DNA of 64,000 bases from Chlorokybus atmophyticus (GCA_009103225.1 RHPI01000810.1:248001-312000); one strand, 5' to 3'. Shown: positions 17,479 to 31,050, numbered from the stretch's first letter. The notes: generated from the letters alone by a model not told the origin. Made by a program: numbers and translations.

Positions 17479-18583
17479 GTGCTTAGTAGTGGAGGCTGCC
17501 ATGAGGGGTGGCACCGGTGTAACAACATTGATGTCTTGGGCATGCTGAAAGAGTGGTACTTGTGGAGCAAGTAATGCATACTGGTTTGTTCCGCACACGA
17601 GACACTAATTCAGGTGGTCTGACAAGATCACTGGAACTCACTGGTCCGTAAGTTGTGCAGGCTGCAGCGCACTCATTTTTGACACATCCACAGTCTTGTG
17701 TATCGTAAACCTTCGGGCAACACTCTGTGATCAACATAGCTCAGGGAGCACTGAAGGCATGCAACTTAGTACGACGTACATACAGAAGCAATCATATCAG
17801 CAAGCAGGAAAACAAAACAAACTAACTACCCTTGAACTACATCGTCGTGCTTTCACAAGCAAATCTGCCATCGAAAGTTGCTTGCCACTGGAGCGCCACA
17901 GCAATTTCTGCCGCACTCGCATGCTGAGAAAGCGGAGCAAGCTCCAGGCCAAGGAGCAGGAGCGCACAAAAAGTAGAGTGCTGCAGCTTCTGCTGCTAAA
18001 GTAACTCTCCGCGGTTTGTCTGGTAGCAGTCGCTGTACTTGTTTTGTAGGCACTTAAACATGGTTGCTGCGTCTATCAGCAGTGAATGGCAAATCTATGC
18101 TGTTGCTGTCGGCCATAGAAGCATTGTTGAGAGCTGCGCACTGTACTCGTATGCTTGACCCAGCCTCACTCAGCTCGCATTGATTTCGGTTGTCAGTATC
18201 GCTGCTGCCTGACTGCAAGGCGGTATAGCTCCTCCAACCTGCAGACACAATGTAGCAACTTAAGGCACTGGGAGGTTGTTACTAACTGCAATGCGTGAGC
18301 AGTAAGAAACAAAGAAGCCTGCTAAGGCTTACCCGTTCATGTCGGATATCGGTTCGAGCATGACGCTAACCAGTGTTTGGGCCCATACAGCATGGCCTTT
18401 TGGTCGCTGTGCACTTGAATTCCGGTAGGTGTGGCCGCTGGTTTCAGCTCGGCTGTCTGTCAAGCATCAATCATGGTGTCAGCATTGCCTGGCTGCCTTG
18501 CGCACACACGACAGTACACACATATGCTCTCACCGTGCTGTCCTGGCCGGCTGCAATGGTGACAAACAACTCATGAAAGAGAG

Positions 18584-21315
18584 TCACTGTCTGCATGGCT
18601 GCACAAAATAGTCCGCAATGGTTCTTCTGCGCTTTGCTTGCTGCTCACAGTTGCCCGCAGGTGTAACAGGTGAGGGAGAGCCCTGATCACCTGTTGGTGA
18701 TTGCACTGGAGCTGAAACTGGAGTGTTGGTGACACGCGCAAATGTGTCGAACATGCCCGCTGTAGGGGAAGGAGTAGGCGGGATCGGCACGTCGGCCGTC
18801 ACCCTGTGGCGCACATGTAGCGCCGGAGATATGATGTCCCTGCTTGTTGTGCTGTGCTTTTGCTGCGAGTTATAATCAACCTTCCAGGTTCGCACCTGCG
18901 GCCACAGGTTGATGTCGCTAAGACTTGTATGCTGTGAGATGAGTGCATGTGCATGTTGCAGTTGAAGCTTACCGTGCGATCATCTGAGCACGTAGCAAGG
19001 CGCTCGCCATCAACTGATGACCTGCGTTCAATGTAAGACACCTACTAATCAGATGTGAAGAATGTGCTTGCTTGCTGTGTATTGATAGAGGCCCAAGTGC
19101 ATAATCTGAGCAGATGACATTTTATGGCACTGACACGCATGGTTATGCTTACCAGTCGGTTGCTGTGACCTCCTCAGTGTGACCCTCCAGCACATATGGC
19201 CCGCCTTTGCCGCGCAATCGCCACACATAAGCGCGGTGATCGCTCGAGCCGCTCACAACATGCGAGCCGTCCGCACTGAAAGCCGCCTGTTGACAGCAGA
19301 TGTTATGTGCATGCCAGCGGCACAGGCACCGCGGGCTGAGCACACTAGCGGGTGACACCGTATCACCCACTAGTATTGGAGTGCAGCATGACACTGTACT
19401 CCAAGCACACATGCAGGTCCAGTTTGGTTGCAAACAATGGCATCTTGTAGCGTTGTTTACCTTCACGAAGAAGGACTTGTTGCTGTGCCCAACAAGCTGC
19501 ATCAACGGCCCGCTTTCCGGCCGCAAAGTGTTGAAGACGTGTATGCTGCCACCAATACACGAATCAGAGGGGTCCAGTAGCACATATGGCAGGCATTGGA
19601 TAATAGGTATATCTATCATGTGACTCACACACTGCTGGTGGAGGATGCCAAAAGCGTTGATCCGTTGGGGTCCTGCGCCAGGGACGAGATTCCATAGTTG
19701 CGAACCTGCATAGCACACATTGTTTGCACGCGACACAATTGACAAGTAACGACAAGCAGACATAATACAACACTACATGCAACCATGGCTTACCCCGCCC
19801 GTGAAGCAAGCACTGTCGCCGATGATAGGAAGCACTGCGTGCTGGACTGGGCCAGTCAGATTGCGCAAGTCCCAATACTTCATGACACTGAAGCAGAGCA
19901 ACGCCGTTTCAGACACAAAAAGTTCTCTGTTGTTATGACACTCATTTTGCAGCACTTGTGACCATAAAGGACGATACATTACCCGTCTGCGGCGCCGCCA
20001 CTGACAACCAGTGAGTCATCACGCAAGAACATGACCGCGGTGACACCGTTCGGCGGGCTCTGCATTGCATAGCAGCACAATAACCACCGTTCAGAGACAC
20101 ACATACGCGTGCAAGGACATTCTCATGCAAAGACTGCCCTTGAACAACTGCTCAACACAACTCACCGATCTGGACGTCGGTTGCCTGCGGTGCTTTGAGT
20201 TTTTGCAGTGATGAACCTTGTGTGCGTCAACCACTGTTTGAACAGGGCCGCTGCAGATGGATTGGTGAGTTGAATTTTCTGCAAGACATAAATCACACAT
20301 TCCACAAATGTTCACAAACCTCACCTGACAGCCGCATCCGCATGGAGCACACGAGAGTCCCACAGCATGAGAGAGCCATCTCTTGAGCCCGAAACCAAGC
20401 AACCTGCACACCAAAGCTTAAACTGCCTGTCGGGCGTCTTGATCGAGCAACATGGCGTCAGAGCTGTGATAAGGCACTCACTTGGGTTGTTGTGCATGCC
20501 ATAGACGGACTTCACGCTGCCTCGGTGTCCAGTGAAAGTGACAGCGTGTGTGCGCGTTTCAACATCCCACAGCCGAACCTGAAAACATTCGCAGCGGAGT
20601 CAAGCACACACGTCAGTTACGGTTGCAGCGTACAAGATATCTACCAGCAGGCAAAGCACCGTTTGATCGCCAGAAGCAGTGAGAAGATGAGAGCCGCCTT
20701 TCACCCACGCAATGTCAAAGACTGCGTTGAGATGCGCCAACCACTTTGCCTGCTTTGACTGATTTTACATATGGTCAAGGATTGCCAACAGAAACTGGTT
20801 CGAGACTTTCATACGTTGTACACAAGCATTTGTTTGCAGTGGATACGCAGTGTTGTTCCTCCAACACAGACGCAGCGGCAGTGTCCCACAACCTCACAAA
20901 GCCCTCCTCATCAGCCACAGCCAGAACGTTCGCTCTGTTCGGACTCTGCTCACAGATCAACCAACTGCTGAAGTGCATGCAGTAGATAGCAGTTCCTTCT
21001 GAGTGTTGCCTGCTGTTGTGAACCTCATCATCAGCCTCTTTTGTTTTACCGGGTTGAACTTGCAGGCATATGAAGGGGTGGGTTGCCCATTTGCCGTGAG
21101 CCCTACGACCCTTTCGGTTGCAAACCGAGCAGCAGCTGGCGCGTGCTGCTGGTTGCCTGCCATGATGCACAATGCACTGGTCAGTGAGATACTTCCACCA
21201 GGTGGCACAGTGTAAGTAAGCTCGATAATGTGAACATACAGCGTGCTGTAGTTGTCAGCTCTCTCCTTGACAGAGCTTGCAGCAGTCCGCCACCGCTACC
21301 ACCACCGTGCTTCAT
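18584..21315 (-). CDS. CDT2: denticleless/CDT2 WD40 protein (CRL4 substrate receptor), about 11 exons
   Basis: Spliced product MKHGGGSGGGLLQALSRRE...VLAVADEEGFVRLWDT...WLAHLNAVFDIAW...LLTASGDQTVRLWD...GHRGSVKSV...SGSRDG...KYWDLR...GHSNKSFFVK...SGSSDHRAYVW...GHTEEVTATDW...ATCSDDRTVRTW, ending in a PIP-box-like RRTIADYF. Confidence 0.88.
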
Positions 21316-22763
21316 TTTGTCTAAGCTGAGAGGCACGAGTGCAAATGAGCAGTGGTATCAAGAGTTTCTAGCGGACAGTGGAGGCAAGCGGGCAGCGCAT
21401 GTGCTACTTAACTCTTACATGCGCCCAGAAGGCAAGCAGCATTTCTCATACTCGTCTTGCGCGCAACTGTCATAAGGGCTTGGAAATACAACAACAACAC
21501 AACACCATGTAACAGCTGTTCTTTTCTTCATTAGCAGCTTGAGGCAAACAACCTTACCAGTTGGTTGCTGAGAGCAGGCAGCAGGACGGTTGTGCAGTGC
21601 TGGTATGGCCGCCTTCTCCTTGCAGAGAGCAGGCTCAAGCGCAATTCCTGGCACCCCTCCGCGCAGCTTTCATACGCCAGGCAGCCTATGTGACATAGCG
21701 TCAACAGCCAGCTCCTACCGCCGCCGACGACGACGACGACGACGACAAGCGCAACAGCAGCAACAATAACATCCGAGTGTCAGACTGCTGCTGCTGCTGC
21801 TTTCCCGAGTGGCGTTCCTTCGCGCGAAAAACGTGTTTTTCGAATTCAAGTTCACTCCAACGGCGCCAAAACGGCATCAGGCGCGAAGCCTGGGAATCTG
21901 CAGCTACGAACGAACAAACAAAATGACCAAGATTAACAAGGTTGTTCTAATAACAATATTTTCTTCACAGTCAATGACTTGTCTTTGAATGGCGTCATAA
22001 CACGAACAAACCTGCAATGTTAAACAACAATTTGAAACTATTTCACTTGTTTCTTAATAAAGATGTTTAGCAAGCAAGATTAAACAAAAAACGGTTTTTA
22101 GTTTATACTTGAGAACGGAATTCAACTCTGCACAAGTTGTTCGAACCCAAACATCCTTTAACAATGATCAAGTTGATCGTGAGATGCAAGGGCTATGAAC
22201 CTTTGAGGCCCCTCAAAAACAAAAACACAAAAAGTTGGGGGAAAGGCTTAATCACAGCATTAGAAGTCCTGATAGCAACAGCGTGAGCCTCGCACTGTGC
22301 ACGAAAATCCGACCTTTATGTGTGTATATAAGTATACGGTATACTTTATTCATGTATGATATATTGTATATATTGTGACAGATATAGCAGGTAAGCATGT
22401 AAGTGCGGATAGATGCTTTATTTCAACATTTGCGTCTGTGTAAGTATGAGTTATTTATTTATTTATTTAAGTCATAAAATCAATATGACCCGGAGTGGTC
22501 ATCACAGTAATGTGTATGACGTACGCGTACTCATGTCATAGTTCACGCATGTGGGCCTAGCATGTTGTATAAGACAACAAACGAGGAAGTTTGCTGCATA
22601 CATTGTTAATCTGTACACTACACACGACACGTATACTGACGAATGTATATGTTTATAATTTTGAACAGTATAAAAATCAATAAAAAAATTTGAATATTGC
22701 ATATATATACATATATCATATAAATACAATTTATATACATATATATACTTATATACACACATA

Positions 22764-23407
22764 CCGCAGTGCCGCAAAACCTTCAAACAAAAAACAATTC
22801 CGGCTGATCATTTTTCAATATTGTCTCGAATAATTTAACGGTGCTAGGCTAGCACAGCTACTGGCTATGTATTTCAATGGCTATGCATTGGGATGCATAA
22901 GTTAACGGCTAATTGACAAAATATAAACCAACTTTTTAGCCGCTACTTTTCACAAAGACTTCGAGGCACTACGGTCGATATATATACATATATATATATA
23001 CATATACATATACACATACACACGTATGTGTACCTACATACATATAAATGAATAACTAGATAGATGTTTTTACGTCAAATATGCTGATTACGACGGTGGG
23101 CACACATACAACCTTAATTTAACATGTGTGCTGAAGCCCAAATCTCACCTCCCCTTCCTTTGCCTGCATCCCACACCCTTGTTGCTGCTGCTTGAGGGTC
23201 TAGCCTAGCTAAGTCTACCGTAGTGTCACGAAAGTTTTATTTTACGGCGGCCCAAAAGTTAGTAGTATAATTTTTGTCATAACTCGCGCAGTTAGGCATT
23301 CCATTTTTTAATTAATGGAATGCGCAAAATCGACCAATTATGTAGCAAAACTTTTGTAAAGTGCCCCACTATAGTTACTTTTTAACGAAGATTTTGCGGC
23401 ACTACGG
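22764..23407. mobile_element. Tc1/mariner-type MITE(s): probably two short elements (22764-22974 and 23218-23407) in an AT-rich intergenic tract
   Basis: Inverted repeats TA|CCGCAGTGCCGCAAAA (22764) and TTTTGCGGCACTACGG|TA (ends 23407), plus internal copies GGCACTACGG (ends 22974) and TA|CCGTAGTGTCACGAAA (23218). TA flanks three of the four ends. No coding capacity. Confidence 0.55.
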
Positions 23408-23740
23408 TAGTCCTATTTGGTGCGTCCGTTATTATAAGCTCTACCTTGGCCCCCGCCTAATCTATTTGTTTGCACACTCCTTGTTGTCGGAATGTACTTC
23501 ACGCAACTCTGTTGCAAGTTATATACCTAGCGCTTTTATCACATGCTCTGTAAATTGTATACTTAATGTTTCATACTAAACGAATTACGCGCTGGTGAAC
23601 ACTGCTCACTTTTCCTAGTACTTTACTGCTTTTTAAACAGCAATGAAGTATTGTGACATGGTGTGTGAAAATTATGGGGTTCACATGCTTTCACTACTGC
23701 GAACGCTCATCAATTGCAATGTATAAGATACTACCCTAAT

Positions 23741-24101
23741 TGTCAAGGGCTTTTCCCTTATTTAAGGTTTTCACCTTGACGTCATTTTATATTACCTTAA
23801 TTATTCAATTATATGCCAAGCTCCATTGGTTCCTCGCTTTAAACTTAATTAAGACCCTTATATAAGTCTTAATTAAATTATAAGTCCCAACGGGTGATAT
23901 CCGCGATTCTTGCTCTAATTGACTGATATCAACCAAACTGGTTAAAGCTACTAGCATAGTATGGCTAATAGTGAGTGGGGAAACGGGGGTTCTTGACACG
24001 ACAATCACGGCGGCGGCATGGGTAGGGTCGTTGGCGTAGGTGTTGGGGTAGAGGATTAAAGGGGGAATTGGCATTTCTCCCTTTACATTTGGTATCGGAG
24101 C
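23741..24101 (+). mobile_element. LTR (23741-24087, TG...CA, 347 bp) plus tRNA-iMet PBS of a Gypsy element related to element A; probably the 5' LTR of element B
   Basis: Starts TGTCAAGGG and shares CCCTTATTTA and GGTGTTGGGGTAG(A/G)GGATTAAAGGG...TTACA with the element A LTR. It is followed by TT-TGGTATCGGAGC, the same PBS core as at 33547. Confidence 0.8.
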
Positions 24102-24489
24102 AAGGTCCTCCTTGTGGGTGGGCCTTATCGTGTGTTTGTTGTGGTTATTCATTGCGGTAGAGCAACGCCGCCAGCAAGCCACCAGGCCGCTAGCAGCGCC
24201 GCCGTTCACATCCTCCAGGCCAGAAGCCTGGCAAGCCACCTACTGCGCAGCCTACTGCGCAACTTCCTACGACGCAACCTGCGTCGCAGCAGGTACCATC
24301 GTACCGGCCGCCGGACTGACTGCCGCACGCGTTAGTTCCTGTCCCCTGCCAGCCGGTGGGCCCGAGAGGGTGCCTCTGGCAATCATTAACCTTCGGTGAG
24401 GATGTGTTTAATGACGTGGTTCAAAGTGGAGACGTTGATGTGCAGTGTGATGTGGTGTGCTCTCGTGTGCGCGTGTGTGAGCGAGTGTG

Positions 24490-24965
24490 ACACCATGCAT
24501 GGTCGGTACCCCATGATTGCTGAACCATGCATGGTTCGAGGTTGGTCCTCACGTACATGATTCCGATTCGGCATATTATGTAATTACATGGAGTGAAGAC
24601 TGGGCAGTCGCACCATGCATGGGCCACTACTGGCCACTACTGGCGCGACGAATGAAAAAAGAGTAATTTGCAAAATATGGCAACGGAGGATGTGCTCATT
24701 GACCCCGTTAGTGCATGCAATCAGACAACTCAATGCATTGACAGGGCCAACCAGCACATCCCTCCCATTGCCATAAGATAATCAGAGTAAAATGTTCACC
24801 TATATCATACACGTCATAGCTAAGATTGCACGGACGCTGGGATACAAGACGTAGCCCAGCCTCATCCGACCGTCGATTCAAGCGTATCGAACGGTCGGCA
24901 TATTCAAATTACATGGAGTGAAGACTTGACAGTCGCACCGTGCATGGTGCGACTGTCGAGTCACG
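24490..24965. repeat. left subterminal palindromic repeats of the DNA transposon
   Basis: CACCATGCATGGT (24491), AACCATGCATGGTT (24523), GCACCATGCATGGG (24610), and a 12-bp-arm palindrome GACAGTCGCACC-GTGCAT-GGTGCGACTGTC (~24930-24959). Confidence 0.85.
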
Positions 24966-25101
24966 TGCATGGGCCAACAATAGGGTTCCTACCTACATGG
25001 TCTGCGTAATAGGGTTGCGCTCAGAGAGGGAGCGGCGGCGCTCTGGTTGGTGGCGGCGGCCTCGTTGGCGGTGTCTTTGCTGGCAGAATCTAGCTGTACC
25101 A

Positions 25102-28100
25102 ATGGCCAGTAAAAAGGCTGTCCGCTTCGCCAAGGACATTAGTACTAAGCTGGGAATCAACTTGCAACCAGCCAGTAAGAGGAACACCTTTCGTAGGAAC
25201 AACCGCCTTCGCAGCCAACAGAGTTCCCTACCCTTACCGGAGCAGGCTGATGTCGTCCAGCACCATGTGGTTGATGACCAGCCCATTGAGGCTGTCAACC
25301 CTCAGCCCGCCCATGAAGATCCGGCCATGCTCGGGCAGCATAGCGACATCAGCCAGCAGCATGAGCAGTAAGTTGACCACGCTGTTGTACCTGGCGTACT
25401 GCTCTTCATTGAGTATACATGACAGTATGCATGCCACTAACAATAGGAATGCTGTACATAAACAGCCTTCACCATGCTAAGAGACTGTCGATCAACTTAG
25501 TGCACTTGCTGCCTTGCTGTGATCTCCACTGTCAGCCGATGGTGCCATTGCATGTGGTGTGTCACTGACTGCAAGATTGCTTCAGGCATCCCGTGCTTGG
25601 ACAGCCGACTGTTAATTTGGCCGGCACCAGCAATGAAGCGGCAGCTACACTTCACGAAAGGGAACAGTCAGGTGGACAGCCGACTTTCGATGTTGCCAGC
25701 ACCAGCAGTGCCGCGACAGCTCCACTTCAACATCAGGCTGATCCACAGCCGACTGTCAACATGCCCAGCTCCAGCAGCGCCGCAACTGCTCCACTTCAGC
25801 ATCAGTCGGATCGACAGCCGACTGTTGACATGCCAATTGAAGACATGTTTGAGCCTCTTGGTAGCGATGATGATGATCCAGAACAGCAAGAAGTGTCCTA
25901 CACAATTTGCTCTTGCCCAAGGTGCCTTGGCAAGGTGAGCAATCAACTTGTTGCGCGCACAGTTGTCGTACTGTAGCTGCCCATGTCTGGGAATGCTGCA
26001 TGCCTGCGACTGTCCGTAGCGCCACCATGCGCGTCCGTAGCCCACCATGCGCGCACTTTCAGCATTGCCATCCATGCTACCTACATTGACAGTCGTATGT
26101 TGCGATTGGGCAGTGGGTTGAGTTGGAGACTTCATTGGCTCACATGCGACTGGACGAGGCAGCGCAAGAAAGTATGCACCCACCGCCAATGCCTTCAGCG
26201 CAATGTGATGCACCTCAACCCGGCATTTCTCGTCAACAACAGTCCTCGAAAACACCCACGCAAAAAATGCTGGACAAGTTCATGTCGTTGCTGACAGACA
26301 TGGAGGACTCTCATGCACAGCAATCACTGATCAACAACGTGCTGAAGACTGTTTTTGGTGCCGAAGACTCCATTGTACAGCTGGCCAAGGATCCCGCCTA
26401 CAACCACAGTCAGCTCCGTAACGATCTCCATGCCTTGCTCGGCCAGCGCAACCCCTCCGAGCCGGCTGACATCACGGCCGTCGATGCATTGCTGACTTCC
26501 ATCGGAATGCCAGAGTCACAGAGATATACAGCATGCACACGATGCAATTATCTCTTTCCAGATGCCTATCCATCAGGCTACGGTGACTGCGAGGACAGCT
26601 GCCAAGACGACAGTCGCCACAAGATTCTGAAACGCTTGTGGGAACAGCCGTGCGGAGGCGAATGCGGGCGCACGCGCAAGGAGTGTATAGATTTTCTGTA
26701 CACGCCCATTGGTCCAAGACTCGGTCCGTGGCTGCAAGTTCCTTCGATCGCATATGACAACCTTGCTGCTTGGCGAGACAAAGACACCTGGTTCAACGTG
26801 CCAGCAAACCATCCCCCAGCTCCTCAATGGGAAGCTTGGCATGGCAGCAAGTGGAGAGAACTGACTGCTTTTTGGGACTGCACGAAGACCATCCCTCTGC
26901 CAAACAAATGCGACTGTGGACGCTACAATTATGACATTGACATGTCGCAGCACAGGGATGGTTATCAGAAATGGCATTGCGAGTGCTCCTATGAGAATGA
27001 AGAGGCTGCGCAGCAGTGTACTGGAGACCCACGCAACATTGGGCTCATGCTGCACAGTGATGGTTTCAGCTGCGCATCCACTACAAAGCGGAGCACCCTT
27101 GTCATCAACGTCGTTGTGCTCAATGGAGGCAAGCGCGTCAGCTCACAGGCGTCTTCCATCATGCCAGTAGTATTTGTCCCAGTTGACGAGCTACTCGACG
27201 CGGACAAGGACTGTCTGAACCCGTTCATGAAGCCCATGGTGGATGAGTTGGAGGATTTGTACGCCATGGGCTTCCCCACGCACTACGGTTTGGACTCCAG
27301 CCAGGTGGACATCAAGCTCCCTCATCGATTGGCTGGTACGCTCGCATGCATCTGTTTAGCAGTGCCACGCGCACGCAGCTGTTCTTGCGACTGTCATATG
27401 TATGGAATGCATTGCTGTGCTTGTTTAAGCTCAGGACTGTCTTTGCGCTGTCAACTGCGACTGTCAATCTTATGCACTCCACTGCTATGCTTGTATGAGT
27501 TCGCTTGAGCAAGGCTGTCCATGCGACTGTCCATTCCAGGTCCCATGTCCGACAGTCCAAATCGACAGTCGCGGCTGTGTCCCGTGCATAGTCGCGTACG
27601 CGCGCTGCTGCGCACGAAGCAATGAGTCCTGATGCCTCCAATGGTTTGCAGGTGATAAGATTTTCCTGAGAGCCATGGTCATGAACATTGCCGGTGACAA
27701 TCCAGCCCAAAGCGAGATGGGGCAATTCAAGAATGGCGGCTTATGCGGTTGCAGGGCTTGTTGCCTGCTGGCAACTCATATCCGGCACTCTACTGTCACC
27801 AAAAAAGTCACTCAAGATCCCAGCACTGGCAACGATGTTGTTGAAGAAACTCGGAGCAACAGGACCGACTTCCACTATGCTAGCAGCCGCTACCACAGTC
27901 GCCATCCATTTGCCAAAAGAACTGCAGAGGCCACATACCAGCTGGCCGATGAAGTTGAAAGCACTGAAGATCCCAATCGCAAGAAAGAAAAGGCCAAGAA
28001 GTATGGCGTCAACGGGCTGTCGCTTTTGTGGAGGCTTTGGCGGATGTACAAGTTTGACCCATGTCAGGACATGGTCTTTGATACCATGCACACGCTAGCC

Positions 28101-29920
28101 GAAGGACTGGCCAAGAGCTTGACAGCCTGCACTCTGATGGATGGTGGGGACGAGCAGGTCAGCAAGGCTGACATCGACAGTCGGCTGTCCGTGATGAGAA
28201 ATGCAAGACCAAGAGAGGTGAAGAATGGTAATCGCTGGCCACACGGCCTCAGCAGTCGCCTTGGATGGTGGAAGGCGCAGGAGCACCAGTTCTTCGTGCA
28301 ATTTGGTGTGCCCTATGTTTTTCACAAGCTGCTCAGCGAAGAAAGGAGAGATCTCGTCATGTGTCTCCACATGATCTTCCGCTTATTCTTTGACATCTCA
28401 CGGCGCTTTGGTTGGGATTCAGACCGCCTGGAGCTCGCGGATGCATTGCTCAGGTACTGGAAGGTCAACAGCGAGATCTGCTTTGGCACCAATAAAAAGA
28501 TTTTGGAGCACATTGCGGGAACTTGCCACCTGCTTGACAACATCCGTAGACACGGCAGCCATGACGTGTTCTGGTGCTACGCCGCTGAGCGCGCTGTGAA
28601 GCTGTATGTCAACACCCCGTCCAACTGCAAGGATTACGAGATCAGCTTTATGAAACGTTCTGTCAGGAGATGGTTTGTGCGACTATTTGGCGTCATGCGT
28701 GACGATCAGCGTTCAGGCCTGCTGCTCTGCCATAGAGTTGGCAACATACTGTCTACAATCTGCAAAACAGAATTCAACGGGTCCACCTGGTATGAGGTCG
28801 CCACAATCAAGCACGCAGAGGATATTTGGGCGCTTGTGGAAGCATACCCCACCCTGGCACACTCCAGGCGCATCAAAGAACAAGGCATAGTGATTGGGCG
28901 AGGCAACACTCATTATGTCGCGAGCGACGGCTTGTTCGAGAGCATCTGTGCACAAGAGAACATTGCCATTGGCACCCCGACACGGCGGACAGTGCGCGAC
29001 TACAAAGCCTATATGAGGGACCCTTCACCCCCAATCTTTGCTCAACAACAACAACGACCATGCCAAAGGTCTTGCAACGCTTGTGTACGCCGCCAACCCA
29101 CAGACAGCCGTCAATTCCCAGGCGAGTTCAACCCTAATTTATCGACAGCCGCGTCGCTTTTTTGGCGAGTTGCATTGTTGCGCTACTTGTGCAGCTTGTG
29201 TGGCTTGTGCGAACTCACAACGCTTGTGCGGCTTGTGCGGTTGTTTATGTAAGGCACTGGTCCGACAGTCCCTGTTGACAGTCGACAGCTTGGGTTGCTC
29301 ACTTGCTGTGGTGCCAGGACACTTGCACTTCTGCTGTGCTGTTTGCCAGTTGATTTCAGCTGTTGAAAGGTGAGCAGGTTGCTTGCAAGCTTGGATGCTT
29401 GCTTGCTTGCATGACAGTCTCTGTTGACAGTCGACAGCTTGGGTTGCCCCAAGTGTGAAGTCAAACTGTTTGCTCTAAGTTCAGTTGTTTGTTCAGGCAG
29501 TCCAACTGACACCATGACCACTGGGGAGGCAAGACAAATGCCCGCTGCAGCTGATTGCTTCAGAGCAAAGGGGAACCACTTGCTGGGCCAAGTGACGGGC
29601 TCGCAGTTCCTGATGAAACCAGAGTTCAAGCATATGCGCACAACGCATATCAACAACCTGGCGAAGCTGAAAAAAGAGATGCTGAGCAAGTGGCCACCAC
29701 CTCAAGGCATGAAAGGCACAGACTTCAAGCAGAACGCCCAGCACCGGCAGGAGCTGGACGATGTCTGCGAGACTGTATTGCAGGTGTCAGAGCCACTGGT
29801 CTTTGACACAGACCACACCCTGAAATGGACCAAAGGCAAGCTGCTAGTAGAGTTGAGCTGTGTTGAAGCAAGCCTTCCAAGCAGCATGGCACCTTCTCCT
29901 CGGTTTTATTGTGTCTCCTT
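25102..29920 (+). CDS. spliced CACTA/EnSpm-family (Transposase_21-like) DDE transposase; runs into an assembly gap
   Basis: Exons 25102-25367, 25586-25934, 26093-27335, 27652-29121 and 29497-gap join in frame. Motifs: CSCPRC zinc site, LHSDGF (D), NPFMKPMVDEL, AGDNPAQ (D), CGCRAC, DTMHTL, WKAQE, HLLDNIRRHG..FWCYAAER (E). No stops in the joined frame. Confidence 0.8.
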
Positions 29921-30302
29921 NNNNNNNNNNNNNNNNNNNNNNNNNNNNNNNNNNNNNNNNNNNNNNNNNNNNNNNNNNNNNNNNNNNNNNNNNNNNNNNN
30001 NNNNNNNNNNNNNNNNNNNNNNNNNNNNNNNNNNNNNNNNNNNNNNNNNNNNNNNNNNNNNNNNNNNNNNNNNNNNNNNNNNNNNNNNNNNNNNNNNNNN
30101 NNNNNNNNNNNNNNNNNNNNNNNNNNNNNNNNNNNNNNNNNNNNNNNNNNNNNNNNNNNNNNNNNNNNNNNNNNNNNNNNNNNNNNNNNNNNNNNNNNNN
30201 NNNNNNNNNNNNNNNNNNNNNNNNNNNNNNNNNNNNNNNNNNNNNNNNNNNNNNNNNNNNNNNNNNNNNNNNNNNNNNNNNNNNNNNNNNNNNNNNNNNN
30301 NN
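29921..30302. other. assembly gap (N run); further gaps at 30856, 55498-55763 and 58959-59048
   Basis: N runs; the longer ones sit next to (CA)n, (CT)n or G-rich tracts. Confidence 1.
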
Positions 30303-30445
30303 ACACACACACACACACACACACACACCATGCTTGTATGGCGTTACGTTATCCCGCGCGCTCGTGGTCCTCACAGTCACTTGACAGTCGCAGGCTGTCC
30401 CATATGGACAGTCGCCAATGCACTCTATTGACGGATGTATGACAT

Positions 30446-31050
30446 GTGCAGGCTGCTGGAGCCATCTCCGACTGTGAAGATCAAGCAGTTGCAATGGACT
30501 TGGATTATGCAGCTGCAATTGTTTGCGACACCAAACCAAACGCCCCCACTAGAGAGCAGGCGATGGACGTGTACGAGTACTACCAGCACATTGAGCACGC
30601 GGTATTCACCAGTCGTCACCAGCTGCCATTCAAGGATCCTGAGCGAATGGAGTCTTATCCAGACGAGAGGATCTTGCGAGCAGTTGTCAGCTTTGCAGCA
30701 AAGAAAAAGTGGTTGGTGGCCAACGATGAGGTTGAAGGAGGGTGCGAGTGGCGATATGAATCTCGCAAACTACCAGGTATGCATATTGAACTGCAAGTCA
30801 TTGACAGTCCTTGGGTAGTTGTCGAGGCGACTACACATTGCAGGGCTGTTGAGCNGAGAGGATCTTGCGAGCAGTTTGTCAGCTTTGCAGCAAAGAAAAA
30901 GTGGTTGGTGGCCAACGATGAGGTTGAAGGAGGGTGCGAGTGGCGATATGAATCTCGCAAACTACCAGGTATGCATATTGAACTGCAAGTCATTGACAGT
31001 CCTTAGGTAGTTGTCGAGGCGACTACACATTGCAGGGCTGTTGAGCGAGG
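30446..31050 (+). CDS. further coding segment inside the DNA transposon (downstream exon or accessory ORF), function unknown
   Basis: Open frame AVAMDLDYAAAIVCD...WLVANDEVEGGCEWRY... after the gap. The last ~190 bp appear twice around a single N. Confidence 0.45.

Noticed and set aside
24622-24645. CACTACTGG repeated twice as a candidate CACTA terminus
   Set aside because: Subterminal repeats lie outside it, and no matching ...TAGTG with a TSD was found at the right end.
29725-30539. Long ORFs spanning N runs (also 55368-55899 and 58858-59259)
   Set aside because: Their length comes from translating gap characters.
30665-31048. ~190-bp tandem duplication inside the DNA transposon
   Set aside because: The copies are near-identical and separated by exactly one N, typical of overlapping contig ends joined during scaffolding.
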